Translations under genes and position numbers: made by a program
Part shown: in pieces, positions 10,632-21,209 of the stretch
Numbering within the stretch: position 1 is the stretch's first letter
How the letters are laid out: every line of letters begins with the position of its first letter
Assembly: GCF_002105155.1 (NCBI RefSeq)
Contig: NW_019029018.1
Span: 372,001-401,939, forward strand
DNA from: Lobosporangium transversale
Taxonomy: Eukaryota
Length of the DNA: 29,939 nucleotides
Direction of reading: 5' to 3'
The notes under the pieces: generated by a model
The model's database searches: none
The model's input: the letters and a program-made list of their open reading frames with translations, nothing else
What the model was told of the DNA's origin: nothing

Positions 10632-12193
10632 ATGACGGGCGACATCAAACTGAATCCTTTGGAGATTCCAGAGATCATCTCACTTGTTGGCGATTTCTTG
10701 GGTCAAGACGACATCATTAATTGTATTCGCATCTCAAAGACTTTCCACAACACACTTGTCGGATCCATATGAAAGCGCATTTTTGTGGAAGATGATTCAG
10801 GGTATCCCATAGGGAGAGCACTACAGAACAACAAGGAGCACATCGAGGAGCTTCATTTTTTTATTCGCCTATCAGAAGATTACAGGTCATTGAAAGACTG
10901 TAGCCGCCTCAAGCGGGTCAGCTACCAAATACCGACACATTCTTCAATCTCGAACGACCTTCTCGAGCTCATTAAGACCCATAGAACCACAATCACTCAC
11001 TTTTCGGTTATGTACGAGTATTCGGGTTTGGGAGAAATATGGGAGGTACTGCTGGAATGCACCAACCTTAGGATCTTGGAGATTAACAGCTCGAATATAA
11101 TCGAAGAAGAAGTCGATCTATTTTTTCGAGTCTGCAAGAAACTTAGACGCTTGGAAATACACACTGTAACGGTCTCTCATCTCCCTGCCAACTTCTTGAG
11201 CGACGACACGGATACATTTGTTTTTCCAATTGTGAAATTAATCGTTGATAATATCCAAATACTCAACCCTCCATATCCGCATACATCGTCATATTGTCTC
11301 GGCATGTGGACTAGGAGATGTCCAGGATTAGCATCATTGCTCTTCTATCCCCCTCAAGGGGTCCCTGAGGCCATAGAGATAAAGCAAATAGGCATTGACT
11401 TCTACAGGGCGGCATTCTTTCACCGGCCCTGCACACTGACAAATATCTCAGAGCTACACCTTTACCGCGTGGATATAAAAGACGAGGACATGGCGGTGAT
11501 ACTCAGATAGTTGACGGACCTTAGGCTACTACATGCTCACAACTGTGAGTTTGGACAGCTCTCCATGCGGGAATTACTAGCAGAGGAGCAGGAGGTTCTT
11601 GAGGATGGATACATAGTACTGAAAAGGAGAGAGCAGAGGCTCTGCGTTACTGTTGAATCACTGGAATCAATAGACAAACTGAAAGAACTGATGGCATTGT
11701 TCAAGCGATCCTATCCAATTGTCCACATCTGAAGCGCCTGAAGGGGTCTAGGGCTACAGTGAAAGAGATTACTTGTGGCGCAGAATGGGCCAGTACCGGC
11801 CTCATACATTTGGCCATCGACCTTGAAGCAGATGTTAATCAAGAGACTACAGAAGGCATGGAGATGCAGCGTGTTGTGTTTAGACAAATAGGCAGGTTGA
11901 CTCGACTGAGGATCCTTGAGCTGACAGATTGGTTTTCACAATCGGAGAAAATCAAGACACTAGACTTGAGGCTAAGAGCGGGTCTAGATGAACTAGTCGA
12001 CCTGAAGAGTCTACTTAATTTATTTTTCTTACGCGATAAGCATCAACAAATGCAGCTTGAGGATGCAACGTGGATTGTAAGCAATTGGCCGAGTATCAAA
12101 GATTTGTATGGGGTTGTGAGCAGCGATCCAGACACATGCAGTTTAGTAACAAAGTTGCTCCAATCCCACAATGTTACCATTCAGCGGCATTAA
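10632..12193 (+). pseudogene. F-box/RNI-LRR pseudogene, tandem paralog of 8779..10092
   Basis: ATG 10632 gives MTGDIKLNPLEIPEIISLVGDFL (F-box start). TGA at 10770 where the paralog has W, TAG at 11508 where the paralog has Q, and a frameshift near 11665 (INRQTERTDGIVQAILSNCPHLKRLKGSR). The C-terminus is ORF 11759..12193. Confidence 0.85.
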
Positions 12194-12307
12194 CAAAATA
12201 AAAAATGTTATCGTAGATCTTGAGCAAAAGACAGTTACTTTACAAATGGGCAGTGTTATGAGTGCAACAATGAAGCCATATTGTAAGAATGTTCCGAAAT
12301 GGCCATA

Positions 12308-12338
<31 letters not shown>

Positions 12339-13084
12339 TTCATCGAGAACAGCCACTACAACACCTCGGTTTAATTCCTCTCTTCCTCAGCCTTCTACAG
12401 CTCTCACAAGGATTCATTCAGCTATAGGCCTAGAAAAGTAGTTCAGCCATCACTTGTTAGATGAAAGTCCGCAGCTCGGCTCGACAGACTAGGATCAGAT
12501 TTCACAAACACTTTTCTAGACAGTATGGTAACAAGTTCACCTTGCTATCATCTATACTAAATTTTCAATTTTCAGAGTGCATTTTAACGCTTTTTTTTTT
12601 TTTTTTTTTACACTGTTTTATTAATGGATTGCTTGCTATCTAGCTATCTAACTTACCTGGCTACTATTCTAAGCTACAAGAAGCCAGACTCTTAGCCACC
12701 TTGGAAAGTGCTTTCCTTTGTCACCATCGAAAAGTCTCTCCAAGATGTTGTCCGGAGCACACCACGTGGAGGTGGTCTGGCATATCGTGCTCCGTTGGTC
12801 AGGCCCCATGGCCTTGCAAACGCCCGCACACACACACACACATATATTTACCCATTCCCATTCCCATTCCCTTTCCCAGTCGAAGAGGCTCCGCCACCGC
12901 ATGGCTCATTCAAGAACCAGCGTAGGCTCATGCCCGTTCGGACCCACCTTAGATATGCATCGATTGTTGCATCTTGGATGTGCATTGTTGCTATGTTAAG
13001 AGTGCTTTGTGTTAGTAAGAGTTTTTTTTTATGTTTTTCTGGCTTGAGGTTTTTTTTTGTTTTTTTTATGTTTTTCTGATTTAT

Positions 13085-13116
<32 letters not shown>

Positions 13117-13177
13117 GCTTTTCTTTTCTTGACTTTTTTTATTTTTCTTTTCTTGGATTAAGATTAATTTATTTGGT

Positions 13178-13210
<33 letters not shown>

Positions 13211-13259
13211 GTTTTTTTTCTTTGAATTATCTTTATTTATTTTTCATCGTTGATTTTTC

Positions 13260-13482
13260 TTGTTTTTTGTTTGTTTTCTTTTTTTGTTTCTTTGTTTCTT
13301 CTTTTGTTTCTTCTTTTGTTTCTTTGTTTTCTTTTTTTGTTTCTTTGTTTCTTCTTTTGTTTCTTCTTTTGTTTCTTTGTTTTCTTTTTTTGTTTCTTTG
13401 TTTCTTCTTTTGTTTCTTTGTTTTCTTTTTTTGTTTCTTTGTTTCTTCTTTTGTTTCTTTGTTTTCTTTTTTTGTTTCTTTG
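13260..13482. repeat. T-rich minisatellite (TTTCTTTG / TTTCTTCTTTTG units) between poly-T runs
   Basis: Read directly; mirrored as the A-rich array at ~20748-20970. Confidence 0.85.
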
Positions 13483-13489
13483 TGATTTT

Positions 13490-13523
<34 letters not shown>

Positions 13524-13755
13524 GAGGCGTTTGTTTTGGCTTCATGGATTGTTCGGCCTTTTTTTGGTTTCGTTCTTCAGCTAGTGGTGCCGAGCTTTCA
13601 GTACCAGCGCCTTTTAGGGTGTGCTGTGGGAAATGGTCTGGCCATTATGGAGTTGCTCGAGAGGCCTTTGCCATCTAGTCATCATGCCCAGGAGGCGGGC
13701 TGGCCGGTTGGTCATTAAGAGCTGATCGAATGTGGTAGCCCGGCCATTTGTCTAG

Positions 13756-13930
13756 GGCCGTTTGAGCAGGACCGTTTGGATACAGCTGCTTGTTTGAGTG
13801 CGGCTGTTTGGGTGCGGCGGCTGTTTGAGCGCGGCTGTTTGAGCGCGGCTGTTTGAGCGTGGCTGTTTGAGCGTGGCTGTTTGGATGCGGCGGCTGTTTG
13901 TTTGAGCACGGCTGTTTGGATGCGGCAGCT
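13756..13930. repeat. GC-rich ~14-bp tandem repeat GGCTGTTTGAGCG(C/T), about 10 degenerate copies
   Basis: Read directly; mirrored at ~20300-20474. Confidence 0.9.
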
Positions 13931-14870
13931 TCGCTGTGAGCTATAAAGCTCCAGCTGCTTTCTATGGGTTCATGTCGTTTACAGTCTAATTGTGGAATGA
14001 AAAGAAAGAGATAGGCAGGGAAAGAAACATCAGAACAAGAACAGTGCAGCACAGAGCAAGAAGGTTGAGAACTTCAGTAGGAGTGTGTATTTGGAGAGTG
14101 TTGCTTACCTTTAATCTTGGTTGAGGAGGCCGATGGTCGAGGAGACCGAAGAGAAAGAGAAGAGAAAAGAAAAAAAAAAAAAGAAGAGAGTCAAAATTGG
14201 CTTTTTTTATTATTTTTTATGTTCGCGAAAGAAGAGGAGAAGTGATTGGATTTCAAAAGCACGATGTACTAAGTACCTTGCTTGCTGTACGCTCAAGAGC
14301 GACCAATAAAATGCAAACAACAACAATAAAAAATAAAAAATATACGTGTCTTTGATGTCATCTGTCATATTTCATATGATAATGAAGAGACTCTCACGAT
14401 TAGAGATGGGAAAAACACTCTGTCTTCAAGACTCGCAATAAAGGCCTGTCCACAACCAACCAGAGCATGAGCTACATTGATCTCGAGTTATTTACTCTTG
14501 TTGGTAAAGGGAATCATCTTCTCAATCCTCTTCTTCTATTCTCTTTCTTCGGCCCTAACAAGAGATGGGATGAACTGTACTTCGGCAGATTGGCGTTTTT
14601 CCAGAGTGTGATAGAAAATAACACATGACAATCCTCAGAATACTTCTGCGCCTTTTTTTTATTTTTTGTTTTTTATTTTTTTATTTTCATGCAAGGCAAT
14701 ATAGAATATATAAAGATTAGTGAATAGCTGATTAGGCGGTGCGTTTATAATTCCTTTGTCTGAAGGTGAAATAAAGTATAGATATACCAACATTTATGTA
14801 TCGAAAATTTATAAAAGCACACAATCGTATCGAAGGAATGACGTGTCGTATCTCTTTGGCGTTCTGAAAA

Positions 14871-14932
14871 GGAAAAAAAGGAAAAAAAGGAAAAAAAGGA
14901 AAAAAAGGAAAAAAAGGAAAAAAGGAAAAAAA
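14871..14932. repeat. 9-bp tandem repeat GGAAAAAAA
   Basis: About 7 units; mirrored with different A-run lengths at ~19310-19372. Confidence 0.85.
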
Positions 14933-16192
14933 GAAAAAGAATCTGCTCGGCGAAGCACAGTTCTCACAATAGTCTATCCTATTCCTTGTTAGAAATGAAG
15001 AGGGAGAAGAGAAGAAGAGAATTAAGTAGAAAGTTAGACTGGTAGTGCCTGATGGGCCCCATTGCCAAGCAAAAAAAAAAAAAAGGTACTCGAGCTTAAT
15101 GCTGGTGAAAAATGGGAGTATGCGAGTGTTGATAAGCTATTGTGCATTGAATCCTGTCCTTTTACTTTAGTCGCATCACACTGCTCACTGTCCTTTAGTC
15201 TCTCTTTGTTGTACACCATGCAAAGAGAGCAATGTGGCTCGTGCTCTTGTTTGTAGACAGGCAGGTTGTTGTTTGTATGATTTTGCAGATCATTGAGGAT
15301 AGAATGTTATTAATGCTCTTTCCATCCCACCTTCACCCGTGAGAGTTTTTTCTTTCTCCACCTTGCAAACATATGAAAATCGACGGATGATATCACAGGT
15401 GCACTGATTATCCAATTTTAATATCCGCTATGCCGCTTCTTCTTTTTTTTTTTTTTTTTTTTTTTTTGCACACATGTTCTAGAGCGCAAAAAAGCATATC
15501 CATTATTCACTCAATACTTTGAAATCGCAAATTGGTTTCACTTCAGAGCGATGTCAAAAACCACTGATCGCACATCCCTTCGCCCTTTACTCGCGAGTGC
15601 CTTCGATAAACAATAGACTTTTTACTTTTCTTTTCCTTTTTCTCCCCAACACGCAGCAACTAAGAAGTAACAAAAGAAAAAAATAAAAAGCAAATAACAG
15701 AAAAACAGAGAAAATTATGGGATAAAGAAACACAACAACAAGACAACACCTGTCAAAGTAACTACAGGCTCCCTCAATCAAAGCAAACACAGACTCCTCC
15801 AACCAAAGCAAACATACCCAGCCTCAACCAAATCACCAAAGGCAGTGCCAGTCATAACAAACACAGGGCGCCTCAAGCAAAACAAACACGCTAAAGGCAC
15901 CCAAAAAGCATCCAATAGCCTACGCATATCAAGACTACGAACCTCTAAAGCACGAAAGCAAAAGTCTTTTTGGCTAAGAGTCTGGCCGTCTTTGGGATAG
16001 GATGCATCTCAGGAGTACCAATAAACATTGCTTGTCTGAAATATTGGTAGATTCTTGTCCTTGATCAGTGTGAGCGCAGTTGTTCCTTCAAAACTTATCA
16101 CAGGAATATGTCAATAAGTAGTAAACTATCTTAACCTTGCTTAATAACGCTCTGCCATTATACATAGAAGGTTCAGCCTATTCCAGATGCGA

Positions 16193-16967
16193 CACCCCCC
16201 TCCCAATGACTTTCTGGGTAGGATTTTCTATTCTATTTTGAATAATTCCATCCGATTTAAGAAATGAAACGAGAAACATATGATTCTGAATTTTTAAATT
16301 GGTTTTTAGGTCGTCTTCGCGTCTCAATTCAATCGTATCCTAAAAAATAGTCAGAAAGTCAATGGGAGGGTATACAATGTAGCACTTGAGAGCGTTTTGA
16401 GATCATCCTTGCTAAACTTTAACCGGCTAATGAATGTAGATTAATTATGTGAGCACGAGCCATATTCAGCGCGTCCGAGAAGAGGTATTTGGTGATAGTA
16501 TATATAAACAAATAAACAGGGTTGATAGATCGGCAAGCAAATGTGAATGTGAAATGTCCAATGTCAATAAGCTTCAATAGTCTCGATAGATGTGGCCGTG
16601 CTAGTCCTGTTATCATTTTTGTCTCTTTTAACTTACAGTTCAGCAGGCCAAGTAGACTAAAGGGTAACTATTGTGGATATTTTCCGTCTCGCTCCCTTTA
16701 TTAACTATACTCTCCGATGCTGGTCAATATTCTGAGCACTACTCAGAATAATAGTGTGTTTTTTAAAATGTGAACGCACTACAGCATAATAGACATCTGA
16801 AACGGGACACAACTACCACTCATAGCCCTAAGTTAATGATAGGGATATCGCATTGACACGGCTTGACAATATAACTGGGGTCATGTAACTGTGTAAGCAA
16901 CTGAGCACATAAAATTTTAAGGTATGCTACTAAAACGAAAAAGAACAATGCGCGATATCGTTTCTCG

Positions 16968-17002
<35 letters not shown>

Positions 17003-18043
17003 AGTTGTAGAGCTATTTTATTTTAAATACAGGAAAAGTAGGGTCAGTAATCTTTACCTCTTTACAGGTTGAAGGTCTTTCAGAGGAATAAGGGCTGCAC
17101 TGGTAAAGGCAGATCTGATCGTGTTTTAATGTTCTTTCAACAAATGCACAAAATCGATTACTGTAATCAGACTAAAGAACCAAAACCTACCGATATGATC
17201 GTTATATAGCTATCCCACTCAGAAAGGAAGAAAAATGGATGTGTCCTTTGTTTCGACCATCTACCAGGCGCCATTCGGGCAGGTAAGATTGTTATGTGGC
17301 TCACTAACAACAGCAGTGGAATGGTAAACAAGCAGGAAAATTTTAAACGTTGTGCCCATGCACATTCTTTGGTATGTATGCACGACGGAGTAAAAAACAT
17401 GGATGCTCTTTGCCTTTAAAGTAGCCTCTCTTATGCTACAGCCTAAACTCATTTTAGACTATGTACTGCTACTGCCACTGTACCTGTTGTTATCATTGTT
17501 TTTTATTATTATTATTATTATTATAAACAAGAACCACATCTTTACCGCTTGTGCTATTTGAGCACGTTTGTTTAACTCTCAGGGTAATATAATACGCCTA
17601 AGGGCTAATCAAGAACAAAACAATGAATCCATCTCTGGCTCCTCCTAGCTCTTGTAGCCTTTTCGTTTATTATGGTCGTCGTTCTGTGCGATAGACTTAA
17701 CTTATTCTTACTCTTTTTTTTTCTTTAAGCTGTTTGACCGACTGGAACAGGTTATGTTGATTTTACAGCTGCATATATTAAAAGGTAGGGAAAGCTCCGA
17801 ATACCACATTTTTAAAGCGCTGACCAAAAGACCAAAATATAAACTGGACATTGTCCAAGTCATATAGTCAACAAATATGTGTGTGTCCATTGAGACTAAC
17901 CGACTATGTGATACGCCATAACTGAGGGCGTCGCGACGGATTGGGTGAGCGTGGAGAAGACAGCGTGAGTACAAAAAGCTATTAAAAGGGGAAGGTGACA
18001 AATCAATATCATGCCTGGCGATTCTGGTAACAGATAATAAGGA
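16193..18043. other. Unique non-coding spacer (1851 bp) between the inverted arms
   Basis: Bounded by the inner junctions; contains only short ORFs with no recognisable motif. Confidence 0.8.
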
Positions 18044-20299
18044 TCGCATCTGGAATAGGCTGAACCTTCTATGTATAATGGCAGAGCGTTATTAAGCAAG
18101 GTTAAGATAGTTTACTACTTATTGACATATTCCTGTGATAAGTTTTGAAGGAACAACTGCGCTCACACTGATCAAGGACAAGAATCTACCAATATTTCAG
18201 ACAAGCAATGTTTATTGGTACTCCTGAGATGCATCCTATCCCAAAGACGGCCAGACTCTTAGCCAAAAAGACTTTTGCTTTCGTGCTTTAGAGGTTCGTA
18301 GTCTTGATATGCGTAGGCTATTGGATGCTTTTTGGGTGCCTTTAGCGTGTTTGTTTTGCTTGAGGCGCCCTGTGTTTGTTATGACTGGCACTGCCTTTGG
18401 TGATTTGGTTGAGGCTGGGTATGTTTGCTTTGGTTGGAGGAGTCTGTGTTTGCTTTGATTGAGGGAGCCTGTAGTTACTTTGACAGGTGTTGTCTTGTTG
18501 TTGTGTTTCTTTATCCCATAATTTTCTCTGTTTTTCTGTTATTTGCTTTTTATTTTTTTCTTTTGTTACTTCTTAGTTGCTGCGTGTTGGGGAGAAAAAG
18601 GAAAAGAAAAGTAAAAAGTCTATTGTTTATCGAAGGCACTCGCGAGTAAAGGGCGAAGGGATGTGCGATCAGTGGTTTTTGACATCGCTCTGAAGTGAAA
18701 CCCAATTTGCGATTTCAAAGTATTGAGTGAATAATGGATATGCTTTTTTGCGCTCTAGAACATGTGTGCAAAAAAAAAAAAAAAAAAAAAAAAAAAGAAG
18801 AAGCGGCATAGCGGATATTAAAAATTGGATAATCAGTGCACCTGTGATATCATCCGTCGATTTTCATATGTTTGCAAGGTGGAGAAAGAAAAAACTCTCA
18901 CGGGTGAAGGTGGGATGGAAAGAGCATTAATAACATTCTATCCTCAATGATCTGCAAAATCATACAAACAACAACCCTGCCTGTCTACAAACAAGAGCAC
19001 GAGCCACATTGCTCTCTTTGCATGGTGTACAACAAAGAGAGACTAAAGGACAGTGAGCAGTGTGATGCGACTAAAGTAAAAGGACAGGATTCAATGCACA
19101 ATAGCTTATCAACACTCGCATACTCCCATTTTTCACCAGCATTAAGCTCGAGTACCTTTTTTTTTTTTTTTTGCTTGGCAATGGGGCCCATCAGGCACTA
19201 CCAGTCTAACTTTCTACTTAATTCTCTTCTTCTCTTCTCCCTCTTCATTTCTAACAAGGATAGGATAGACTATTGTGAGAACTGTGCTTCGCCGAGCAGA
19301 TTCTTTTTCTTTTTTTCCTTTTTTCCTTTTTTCCTTTTTTTCCTTTTTTTCCTTTTTTTCCTTTTTTTCCTTTTCAGAACGCCAAAGAGATACGACACGT
19401 CATTCCTTCGATACGATTGTGTGTTTTATAAATTTTCGATACATAAATGTTGGTATATCTATACTTTATTTCACCTTCAGACAAAGGAATTATAAACGCA
19501 CCGCCTAATGCTTAATCTTTATATATTCTATATTGCCTTGCATGAAAATAAAAAATAAAAAAACAAAAAATAAAAAAAAAGGCGCAGAAGTATTCTGAGG
19601 ATTGTCATGTGTTATTTTCTATCACACTCTGGAAAAACGCCAATCTGCCGAAGTACAGTTCATCCCATCTCTTGTTAGGGCCGAAGAAAGAGAATAGAAG
19701 AAGAGGATTGAGAAGATGATTCCCTTTACAACAAGAGTAAATAACTCGAGATCAATGTAGCTCATGCTCTGGTTGGTTGTGGACAGGCCTTTATTGCGAG
19801 TCTTGAAGACAGAGTGTTTTTTCCCATCTCTAATCGTGAGAGTCTCTTCATTATCATATGAAATATGACAGATGACATCAAAGACACGTATATTTTTTTT
19901 TTTATTGTTGTTGTTTGCATTTTATTGGTCGCTCTTGAGCGTACAGCAAGCAAGGTACTTAGTACATCGTGCTTTTGAAATCCAATCACTTCTCCTCTTC
20001 TTTCGCGAACATAAAAAATAATAAAAAAAGCCAATTTTGACTCTCTTCTTTTTTTTTTTTCTTTTTCTCTTCTCTTTCTCTTCGGTCTCCTCGACCATCG
20101 GCCTCCTAACCAAGATTAAAGGTAAGCAACACTCTCCAAATACACACTCCTACTGAAGTTCTCAACCTTCTTGCTCTGTGCTGCACTGTTCTTGTTCTGA
20201 TGTTTCTTTCCCTGCCTATCTCTTTCTTTTCATTCCACAATTAGACTGTAAACGACATGAACCCATAGAAAGCAGCTGGAGCTTTATAGCTCACAGCGA

Positions 20300-20474
20300 A
20301 GCTGCCGCATCCAAACAGCCGTGCTCAAACAAACAGCCGCCGCATCCAAACAGCCACGCTCAAACAGCCACGCTCAAACAGCCGCGCTCAAACAGCCGCG
20401 CTCAAACAGCCGCCGCACCCAAACAGCCGCACTCAAACAAGCAGCTGTATCCAAACGGTCCTGCTCAAACGGCC
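20300..20474. repeat. Mirror copy of the ~14-bp repeat (CGCTCAAACAGCC)
   Basis: Read directly. Confidence 0.9.
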
Positions 20475-20707
20475 CTAGACAAATGGCCGGGCTACCACAT
20501 TCGATCAGCTCTTAATGACCAACCGGCCAGCCCGCCTCCTGGGCATGATGACTAGATGGCAAAGGCCTCTCGAGCAACTCCATAATGGCCAGACCATTTC
20601 CCACAGCACACCCTAAAAGGCGCTGGTACTGAAAGCTCGGCACCACTAGCTGAAGAACGAAACCAAAAAAAGGCCGAACAATCCATGAAGCCAAAACAAA
20701 CGCCTCC

Positions 20708-20739
<32 letters not shown>

Positions 20740-20747
20740 AAAATCAC

Positions 20748-20970
20748 AAAGAAACAAAAAAAGAAAACAAAGAAACAAAAGAAGAAACAAAGAAACAAAA
20801 AAAGAAAACAAAGAAACAAAAGAAGAAACAAAGAAACAAAAAAAGAAAAAAAGAAACAAGAAGAAACAAAAGAAGAAACAAAGAACAAAAAAGAAAACAA
20901 AGAAACAAAAGAAGAAACAAAAGAAGAAACAAAGAAACAAAAAAAGAAAACAAACAAAAAACAAGAAAAA
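20748..20970. repeat. A-rich minisatellite (CAAAGAAA / CAAAAGAAGAAA units)
   Basis: Mirror of 13260-13482 with slight unit differences. Confidence 0.85.
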
Positions 20971-21209
20971 TCAACGATGAAAAATAAATAAAGATAATTC
21001 AAAGAAAAAAAAACCAAAAAAAAAAAAAAAAAAAAAAAAAAAACACCAAATAAATTAATCTTAATCCAAGAAAAGAAAAAATAAAAAAAGTCAAGAAAAG
21101 AAAAGCCAAAAAAAAAAAAAAAAAAAAAAAAAAAAACATAAAGAAACATAAAAAAACAAAAAAAACAAGTAAATCAAAAGAAAAAAATAAAAAAAAAAAA
21201 AAAATAAGT

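Larger units (their letters stand above)
13050..16192. repeat. Left arm of a ~3.1-kb inverted repeat
   Basis: Reverse complement of 18044..~21166. Identical mirrored ORFs: 13675..14052(-)=20178..20555(+) and 15587..15811(-)=18425..18649(+). Sharp inner junction ...ttccagatgcga|; outer edge fuzzy in T-runs. Confidence 0.95.
18044..21166. repeat. Right arm of a ~3.1-kb inverted repeat
   Basis: Begins |tcgcatctggaa and mirrors 16192..~13050. Differences seen are mostly 1-bp indels, homopolymer or repeat-unit variation, and one ~8-bp indel (~14719-14731 vs ~19510). Confidence 0.95.

Noticed and set aside
10770..11510. Stop-codon readthrough or RIP as an explanation of the TGA/TAG stops
   Set aside because: Two different stop types plus a frameshift fit ordinary decay. 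Too few sites in mixed contexts, and the near-identical IR arms show no visible C-to-T excess.
13020..13060. Target-site duplication at the outer IR ends (vs 21166-21200)
   Set aside because: No convincing direct repeat; the flanks are low-complexity T/A runs.
12669..13079. Overlapping short ORFs around (CA)n and (CCCATT)n
   Set aside because: Microsatellite-driven, with no recognisable product.
13222..13718. Phe-rich and Lys-rich ORFs here and at 20512-21262
   Set aside because: Open only because the T/A-rich minisatellites lack stop codons.
13756..13930. Tandem repeat as a CRISPR-like array
   Set aside because: No unique spacers, no cas genes, eukaryotic context.
15587..15811. 74-aa hydrophobic ORF duplicated in both arms (also 18425-18649)
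   Set aside because: Non-ATG start, GT-rich compositional bias, no recognisable motif; duplicated only because of the IR.
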